Shown: piece by piece, positions 57,913-64,000 of the stretch
How positions within the stretch are numbered: position 1 is the stretch's first letter
Layout of the letters: every line of letters starts with the position of its first letter
Assembly: GCA_041300405.1 (NCBI GenBank)
Contig: JBGLNK010000001.1
Span: 1,418,545-1,482,544 of the forward strand
DNA: 64,000 nucleotides
Reading direction: 5' to 3'
Source: Dehalococcoidia bacterium
GTDB lineage: Bacteria > Chloroflexota > Dehalococcoidia > Dehalococcoidales > RBG-16-60-22
Notes under the pieces: generated by a model
The model's input: the letters and a program-made list of their open reading frames with translations, nothing else
The model's database searches: none
Told to the model about the DNA's origin: nothing
Position numbers and translations under genes: made by a program

Positions 57913-57921
57913 ATTATAACA
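57913..57921 (-). promoter_or_regulatory. extended -10 element upstream of 5S rRNA
   Basis: Minus strand TGTTATAAT, 56 nt upstream of the 5S 5' end. Confidence 0.4.
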
Positions 57922-58226
57922 CAACCTTTGCCATAAAAAAAGCCCCCGGTCAGGTTTATTGTAGGAATATTGGTATAAAATCCGTAGGAATGCCCGGGAA
58001 AGAGCCGCCTTTTACGGGTTATACGCCCTTGACAAGCACAGAGACAAGTGATAGGTTATTGAAGGGCTTTTTCAGAAAAATACCATCCGGGCCGGCGCGC
58101 TTTCTATTTATGCAGCTATAACGCCGGCAATATTATTTGCAGCAAACCGCGGGGCGGATTGATTATCCGGTCCTCCGGTTTAACTAAATGATTTAGTCCT
58201 GTGTAAAATAGTAAGGGGTGAATATA

Positions 58227-58523
58227 ATGAGCATCGAGCTGGTTCACATAGGGTTCGGGAATATTCTGGCTATGAGCAGGGCAATTGCGATAGCTTCACC
58301 GAATTCCGCGCCCACCAAGCGCATTATCCACGAGGGCAGGAATAGCGGCAAGGTAATCGATATGACATCCGGCAGGAGGACCAAGGCGGTTATTTTCACC
58401 GACAGCGGGCATATTATCCTGGCGGCGCTGGCGCCGGAAACAATTTCCAGCCGTCTCCAGTCGGGACGCAGCGGTGCGCCGGTAAAACAGGAACAGGGCG
58501 ACGGTACCGATGAGCTCCAATAA
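58227..58523 (+). CDS. remA: RemA/DUF370 family regulator
   Basis: [32 protein letters not shown]... canonical RemA sequence; AAGGGG RBS. Confidence 0.85.
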   Translation: MSIELVHIGFGNILAMSRAIAIASPNSAPTKRIIHEGRNSGKVIDMTSGRRTKAVIFTDSGHIILAALAPETISSRLQSGRSGAPVKQEQGDGTDELQ

Positions 58524-59136
58524 AACCTCCGGGCTTAATCCACAGGGAAAGCCCTTACTTATCATCCTTTCCGGCCTTTCCGGAGCGGGCAAAGATTCGG
58601 TATTGAACGAACTTAAAAAATGCGCGCGGCCGCCGGAAACCATCATCACGGTCACTACCAGGCCGCGCCGCCATAATGAAAAAGACGGCGTGCATTACAC
58701 CTTTGTTTCACCGGAAAATTTCCAGGCGATGATTGACGCCGGTCAAATGCTGGAATGGGCTGCCGTTTACGGCAACCGCTACGGCGCGCCCCGGGAACCG
58801 GTGAAAAAAGCCCTGGAAAGCGGCAAAGACGTCATTATCAAGGTTGATGTCCAGGGTGCCGCCACTTATAAGAAAATCGTTCCCCAGGCGGTGTTTATCT
58901 TCCTGGCGCCTCCTTCGATAGAAGATTGCGCGCCGCGGCTCAAGGAACGCCGCACGGAAAGCCCGGCGGAACTTGAACTGCGCCTGGAAACCGCCCGGAA
59001 AGAAATGGATATGCTGCCTATCTTCGATTATATAGTAATAAACCGGCATAATGAACTGGACAAAGCCGCAGCCGAAGTCAAGGCGATTATCGCAGCGGAA
59101 AAGTGCCGCGTCAAACCGCGTGAAATAAAACTTTAA
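58510..59136 (+). CDS. gmk: guanylate kinase
   Basis: [11 protein letters not shown]-loop, TTRPRR.E..G..Y.F motif; overlaps remA by 14 nt. Confidence 0.9.
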   Translation: MSSNKTSGLNPQGKPLLIILSGLSGAGKDSVLNELKKCARPPETIITVTTRPRRHNEKDGVHYTFVSPENFQAMIDAGQMLEWAAVYGNRYGAPREPVKKALESGKDVIIKVDVQGAATYKKIVPQAVFIFLAPPSIEDCAPRLKERRTESPAELELRLETARKEMDMLPIFDYIVINRHNELDKAAAEVKAIIAAEKCRVKPREIKL

Positions 59137-59187
59137 TCCCGTTAACCCGGCGGCAGTGTTCCAGGCTGCAGCCGGGAGTATGCAACT

Positions 59188-59817
59188 TCAGGCATGCTTG
59201 AGGGCTACCCCTTCAAGGACGTTGGCTACATCTTCACAGCGGTCGGTGGCGCTTTCCAGGTGCTCGTAAATTTCACGCCATTTAATAACCGTAGCTATAT
59301 CGGAGTTGTTTTCAAAAAGCTCGCCGATGGCGGCGCGGTAGATGCGGTCGGCCACGTTTTCCAGCCGGTTCATTTCTACACAGTGTTCGAGCATGTTCTT
59401 GAACTCGGATTTCTTGCGCAGGCCGGCCACGGCCTTTTCCATTTCCGCCGCGCCCTGGACGATGACATCGGCCAGTTCTTTAGCCCTTTGCGTGGGACTT
59501 GTTATCTTGTAGATAAACATGGCATCGGCCGAGGCATGGATGAAATCGATGATGTCATCCATCGTGTGCGCCAGGAGGGCGATATCCTCCCGGTCGAAAG
59601 GCGTCACGAAAGTGCGGTGCAGCATGGAAATAACCTGATGGGTGATGGTATCGCCGGCGTGTTCCATCTCGGTTATTTCAGCCACATGGCTGTCGATAAA
59701 TTGCCAGGTATCGAGCATGTCTTTCAGGGATTTGGCTGCTTTGGAAGTGTTTTTAGCGCTTTCTTCAAACAGGTCGAAGAATTTATGCTCCTGGGGCATC
59801 AAATGTAGTTTTACCAT
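59188..59817 (-). CDS. DUF47 family protein (PhoU-like, usually partner of a Pit phosphate transporter)
   Basis: 209 aa; FFDLFEESAKN..., EHAGD, DRCEDVAN blocks of the DUF47/TIGR00153 family; no pit gene adjacent. Confidence 0.75.
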   Translation of the reverse strand: MVKLHLMPQEHKFFDLFEESAKNTSKAAKSLKDMLDTWQFIDSHVAEITEMEHAGDTITHQVISMLHRTFVTPFDREDIALLAHTMDDIIDFIHASADAMFIYKITSPTQRAKELADVIVQGAAEMEKAVAGLRKKSEFKNMLEHCVEMNRLENVADRIYRAAIGELFENNSDIATVIKWREIYEHLESATDRCEDVANVLEGVALKHA

Positions 59818-60193
59818 ATTAATTCTCCTTTAAGAAGGTAAAATGTGCTTCAGAAATCCTGAACCTAAGCGGGGCTAAATGTAACTTTGGTTCTGGAGAG
59901 GGAACTGTAAAAGAAAAAATAAAATTTAGTCTGATGTGACGGAAGGATTGCCCCTGTTTAACGGGCAAAAACATTATCCTTTTTCCATACCGTAATTTTT
60001 ATCATAGGCCAGAATGAGTGTATTAAAAACGGGCGGAAAAGTCAAGGAAACGGGGTCATTCTTTTTACAAATAACCCGCCGGATAAGCGCAGGACGCCCG
60101 CTGGATTGGCGGTTTGCTAGAATAGCGGCGGGATGTGTACTAGAATGTATTTAATTAAGTTTTAGCTGGATAATAACAAAGGAATTCTTAACG

Positions 60194-60727
60194 GTGCAAA
60201 GTACGGCAGATAAAAGCAAAATAAAGGTTTTTACCCCCGGGAAAATAGGCAGCATGGAACTGCGCAACCGCACTATCAGGTCCGGTTGTTTCGAGGGGAT
60301 GTGTGCGTACGCTGCGCCCGGCGAAGCATTAATCGAACATCACAGGAAAGTCGCCGCCGGCGGCATCGGCATGACCACCGTGTCTTATTGCGCCGTATCT
60401 GCGGATGGAGTGGCCTTCGAACATGAGATGTGGATGCGGGAAGAGATTGTCCCCGCTTTGAAACGGCTCACGGATGCCGTGCACCGGGAGGGCGCCGCCG
60501 CCTCGATACAATTGGGGCATTGCGGTTTCTTCGCCAACAGGTTTGCCATCGGAAAGACTCCTATCGGCCCTTCCCGCAAGTTTTGCCTCTTCCGGTACAG
60601 CGTCTGCCGCGCGATGAATGAAGAAGATATCGGGCGGGTGCGGGAGGACTTCGGCAGGGCGGTAAAAATGGCGGTGCAGGCCGGGTTCGACGCCGTGGAA
60701 ATCCATGCCGGGCATGGGTATCTTTAA
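60194..60727 (+). pseudogene. NADH:flavin oxidoreductase (Old Yellow Enzyme family), first ~177 aa only
   Basis: LRNRTIRSGCFEG.., AAASIQLGHCG, GFDAVEIHAGHGYL then stop; homologs continue LSQFLSP.. Confidence 0.75.
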
Positions 60728-60833
60728 AGCCATCCTCGCAGTTCATTTTTACGAGTACCGGATAACCGGGGCCGGCAGCTTCCCTGGCGCGCCTGATGAC
60801 GGAAACAGGAAAGCGCAGGCGGTTTTCCAGCAT
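60725..60833 (-). pseudogene. inverted 109-bp piece of the same type of OYE gene
   Basis: Minus strand translates LENRLRFPVSVIRRAREAAGPGYPVLVKMNCEDGFK, the OYE segment lying ~19 aa after HGYL. Confidence 0.7.
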
Positions 60834-61097
60834 GCAACCCTCGCAGATGCCCAGGCGGCTGGCGCCGTCACCTGGAACTACGGGCTGTTCATCAATACTA
60901 TCATCGCTTTTTTCATCATTGCTTTAGCTATTTTCATGATCGTAAAAGCGGTGAATAAAGCCCGGAAAGCCATGGACGCCAAAAAGGCAAAAGAGGCGAT
61001 TGCCGCCGCTCCTGTTACCAAAGACTGCCCATTCTGCGCCACGGCTATCCCGGTAAAAGCCACCCGCTGCCCGCACTGCACTTCTGAAATCAAGTAA
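60834..61097 (+). pseudogene. mscL: large-conductance mechanosensitive channel, 3' two-thirds only
   Basis: ATLADAQAAGAVTWNYGLFINTIIAFFIIALAIFMIVKAVNK.. matches MscL from the periplasmic loop/TM2 onward; no TM1 and no start. Confidence 0.7.
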
Positions 61098-61192
61098 AAC
61101 AGAGGCGATGAGATGAAAGGCGAGAGGGCGAGTCAGTGACTCGCCCCTACGGTTTGCTGCGCACTTCTTGCCGTACTATAATGTGGTCAATC

Positions 61193-61786
61193 ATGGACAT
61201 GTTTCAAGGAAAAACCTTTACCGAAGAGAACTATTACCAGCAAGCCTTTGCGCGCCTTGAGCTTGCCGATGAGGCCGTCAGTTCTATAACTTTTGAAGAA
61301 TGTACGTTTGAGGGCTGCAGTTTTATCAGTACCAGGCTCGCTGGCGTCAGGTTCTCCGGATGCAAGTTTAATGATTGCGTTTTAAGCGCTGTTATCCCTA
61401 TGAACAGCCGGTTCGATGGCGTAACCTTTAAGAACTGCAAGACCATCGGTATAGACTGGACGAAAGCGCAGATGTTCCGTGAAATCACACTCAAGGATTG
61501 CCAGCTTAACTATTCTAACTTCCGCTTTATGAAGATCCCCAAGCTAAAGATGACCGGGTGTGAGGTCATCGATGCCGATTTTACGGAAGCGGACCTTTCC
61601 GGCGGGGATTTCAAGAACTCCAATTTTGAAAAGACACGGTTCATGAAAACGAATCTTTCTGGGGCGGATTTCAAGGGCGCGAAGAACTATTCCATCGACC
61701 CCCGCGCCAATACCCTAAAAAAAACCCGCTTTTCTTATCCCGAGGTGATCACTTTACTGAACAGTCTGGACATCATTATAGAATAA
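61193..61786 (+). CDS. pentapeptide-repeat protein (Qnr/MfpA-like)
   Basis: Continuous A(D/N)LXX-type pentapeptide repeats (..ADFTEADLSGGDFKNSNFEKTRFMKTNLSGADFKGA..); start chosen at MDMFQG. Confidence 0.75.
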   Translation: MDMFQGKTFTEENYYQQAFARLELADEAVSSITFEECTFEGCSFISTRLAGVRFSGCKFNDCVLSAVIPMNSRFDGVTFKNCKTIGIDWTKAQMFREITLKDCQLNYSNFRFMKIPKLKMTGCEVIDADFTEADLSGGDFKNSNFEKTRFMKTNLSGADFKGAKNYSIDPRANTLKKTRFSYPEVITLLNSLDIIIE

Positions 61787-62041
61787 ATACCAATCCGCCA
61801 AAGGCGGACAAATTTCAAATAACCCCACCCCACCGTTTTTTTCTTGTAGTTGTTTTACCTCGTTATTGTTCAACCTCATCCCCTTGTATCCCACTTTTTA
61901 CCAAAAAGCTGCATAACCATATCAAAACATGCAATTAAGCATAACAGCTAATTTGAAAACAGCGTTAAGACGGATTGATGGGAAAATACATTGGACTATA
62001 ATCAGAGAACTTCACATGAATACCGTTAAGGAGCAAGCGTT

Positions 62042-62515
62042 ATGTCAATAAAAGCCAACAAGGCCAAGGAACAAAGGATCGTAGAGGAAGTACTGAACCA
62101 GGGGAAAATGGATGTGTTGGATGGGTGCCTGGCGGTAGGCTTTGTCTACCACGGCCCGGGCGGGGCGGAGATTAAAGGTATAGACGGGTATAAAACATTC
62201 ATTTCCAGACTGCGCGCCGCCTCCCCTGACATCCACGTGACTATCGAAGACATCCTGGCGGAAGGAGACATGGTGGCTACCCGCACACTTTGTACGTTTA
62301 CCTTTACTGTGCAAAGCGGCCCAGTTGCGCCAACACGCAAAAAAGTGTCCATGACAGGCAGCATCCTCGACCGTTTTCAGGATGGTAAAATAGCAGAAAC
62401 GTGGGAACAATATGACCGCTTTGACATGTACCAGCAAATGGGCATCATTCCGGTAAGGCCGGTATTAAAGCCTGGATTCAAGCGGAACTTACGTAAAAAG
62501 CGCCATCCCGATTAG
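62042..62515 (+). CDS. SnoaL-like ester cyclase family protein
   Basis: EEVLNQGKMDVLDGCLA..FVYHGPGG..GIDGYKTFISRLRAASPD pattern of predicted ester cyclases. Confidence 0.65.
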   Translation: MSIKANKAKEQRIVEEVLNQGKMDVLDGCLAVGFVYHGPGGAEIKGIDGYKTFISRLRAASPDIHVTIEDILAEGDMVATRTLCTFTFTVQSGPVAPTRKKVSMTGSILDRFQDGKIAETWEQYDRFDMYQQMGIIPVRPVLKPGFKRNLRKKRHPD

Positions 62516-62616
62516 GTATATCAGCGGATTCAACAACAGTGTATTAACCGATTCTATGTTGCCGCCTTTCCCGTAAAATCAAAATAGATAAGTAACCACA
62601 GGAAGGAGACAAAAAG

Positions 62617-62796
62617 ATGTCTATAAAGCGGAACAAGAACAAAGAAACTACACTTACAATGGATAGCATCCTGGACCGCCTGGTTGATGGTAAAGTAATG
62701 GATACACCAGATATGTATGACCGGTTAATGCTCTCCCAGCAGTTGAGCATCATGCTTTGCATCCCGGCAAAACAGGCTCCCAAGAGGGTGAGGTAG
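62617..62796 (+). pseudogene. internally deleted paralog of the ester cyclase (59 codons)
   Basis: GGAAGGAG RBS; MSIKRNKNKE.. parallels MSIKANKAKE.., and ..DSILDRLVDGKVMDTPDMYDRLMLSQQLSIM parallels GSILDRFQDGKIAETWEQYDRFDMYQQMGII; the middle ~100 aa are missing. Confidence 0.55.
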
Positions 62797-63063
62797 AAAA
62801 ACCCGGCGTAATTGCCCTAAAGATATAGGACTTTTAATAAAAGCCATAAGCTTTTCTCTTGTTGCCCTTTTTATTGGAGGTAAGCTACAATAAAATAGAA
62901 ATAATAGTTCCTGGTTTAGTGGATACCACCTCTGGTTCAGACGGTTATTTCTCCACCAACTTAAGACGAATGGTGAATTACGCTGGATGCGCCTGCCCGG
63001 CCGGACAGCTTAATAATAAATACCAAAGGCAAAAAACAGGAATAAAATCAGGAGGATAAAATA

Positions 63064-64000
63064 GTGGCTTACGATGTATCCAAGATGGCGGACTGGCAAA
63101 TAGCCGAAGCTGCCTGCGAACACATGCCCACTCCGCAAGAGTGGCAGGAAAAACTGGGGCTTAAGAAAGACGAAATGCTGGCTTACGGGAAAGTGGGCAA
63201 AGTAGACTTTCTTAAGGTAATGGAACGGCTCAAGAACAAACCAGACGGCAAATACATCGAAGTAACCGCCGTTACCCCCACTCCGCTCGGTGAAGGTAAA
63301 ACCACCACCACCATGGGCCTTATCGAAGGCCTCGGCTACCAGAAGGAAAACGCCGGCGGCGCTATCCGCCAGCCTTCAGGCGGTCCGACGATGAACGTTA
63401 AAGGCACGGCGGCCGGCGGCGGCAACGCCCTGCTTATTCCTCATACCGAGTTCTCGCTCGGTCTTACCGGAGATATCAACGATATTATGAACGCCCACAA
63501 CCTGGCCATGGTCGCCCTGACCTCCAGGATGCAGCACGAACGCAACTATGATGACGATCAGCTCGCCCGTCTTTCCCATATGCGCCGCCTGGACATCGAC
63601 CCCCTGCGCGTGGAAATGGGCTGGATCATGGACTACTGCGCCCAGGCCTTGCGCAATATCATCATCGGCATGGGCTCCCAGAAGACCGACGGCTATATGA
63701 TGCAGAGCAAATTCGGCATCGCCGTCAGCTCCGAACTCATGGCCATCCTTTCCATCGTTACCGACCTCGCCGACCTGCGCAAGCGGCTTGGTGAAATCAC
63801 CGTTGCCTATGATAAAAAGGGCAAGCCGGTTACCACGGAAGATCTGAAAGTGGCCGGCGCCATGACCGCCTGGATGAAGAACACCATCAACCCTACCCTC
63901 TGCTCCACCGCGGAATACCAGCCCTGCTTCGTCCATGCCGGGCCTTTCGCCAATATCGCCATCGGCCAATCATCCATTATCGCCGACCGGATCGGCCTCA
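63064..64000 (+). CDS. fhs: formate--tetrahydrofolate ligase, 5' part (runs off the window)
   Basis: AGGAGGA RBS, GTG start; [17 protein letters not shown]-loop and FANIAIG motif; not in the ORF track because no stop is reached, and the track ORF 63376-63969(-) is its antisense shadow. Confidence 0.9.
   Translation, partial: MAYDVSKMADWQIAEAACEHMPTPQEWQEKLGLKKDEMLAYGKVGKVDFLKVMERLKNKPDGKYIEVTAVTPTPLGEGKTTTTMGLIEGLGYQKENAGGAIRQPSGGPTMNVKGTAAGGGNALLIPHTEFSLGLTGDINDIMNAHNLAMVALTSRMQHERNYDDDQLARLSHMRRLDIDPLRVEMGWIMDYCAQALRNIIIGMGSQKTDGYMMQSKFGIAVSSELMAILSIVTDLADLRKRLGEITVAYDKKGKPVTTEDLKVAGAMTAWMKNTINPTLCSTAEYQPCFVHAGPFANIAIGQSSIIADRIGL

Noticed and set aside
60734-60846. 8-bp direct repeat CCTCGCAG (60734-60741 and 60839-60846) near both ends of the inverted OYE piece, considered as a recombination substrate
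   Set aside because: The repeats are direct, not inverted, and one lies inside the segment rather than at its boundary, so they cannot explain an inversion. I noted this but could not turn it into a mechanism.
60705-61097. 130-aa ORF as an intact small membrane protein
   Set aside because: Its N-terminal 43 codons are antisense of the inverted OYE fragment. Only residues from ATLADAQ onward are MscL, so the gene lacks TM1 and a genuine start.

Overview
This is a 64-kb bacterial window with about 50 believable protein genes, one tRNA-Glu and one stand-alone 5S rRNA. The genes are mostly central and CoA-ester metabolism: ilvC, ilvD, an acyl-CoA dehydrogenase with EtfB, a CoA-transferase, two MmgE/PrpD paralogs, a URO-D-family protein, PepA, an aminotransferase and Fhs. 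RemA-Gmk, RpsP plus a KH protein, GYD and a VapBC pair are also present. The gene content and the dense palindromic intergenic repeats resemble environmental Chloroflexota/Dehalococcoidia-type genomes; that is a guess only, since no search was possible. There are three insertion sequences: an intact IS21-family element, an IS5-like element, and an IS3-family element with a broken orfB sitting inside a DUF362 gene. I did not find one clean novel operon. The main result is the architecture. At least 12 abrupt breakpoints cut well-conserved genes mid-domain, in head-to-head, tail-to-tail and fold-back arrangements, and none lies at a recognisable IS end. There are also short remnants of paralogous gene ends, several families of hairpin repeats (one with compensatory stem changes), and two copies of a G3N4 heptad element. 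By eye, composition alternates between about 60% GC and about 40% GC blocks; I did not compute it. The breakpoints mean either a chimeric assembly or a genuinely scrambled, decaying genome, and read-level evidence is needed to decide. Until then, inferring operons across these junctions is unsafe. The best functional leads are a low-GC LarA-like racemase translationally overlapped with a glycerate kinase, and a low-GC PrpD / double-hotdog / small-protein / MBL module beside the IS cluster. No CRISPR array, reverse transcriptase or recognisable defence operon other than VapBC was seen.
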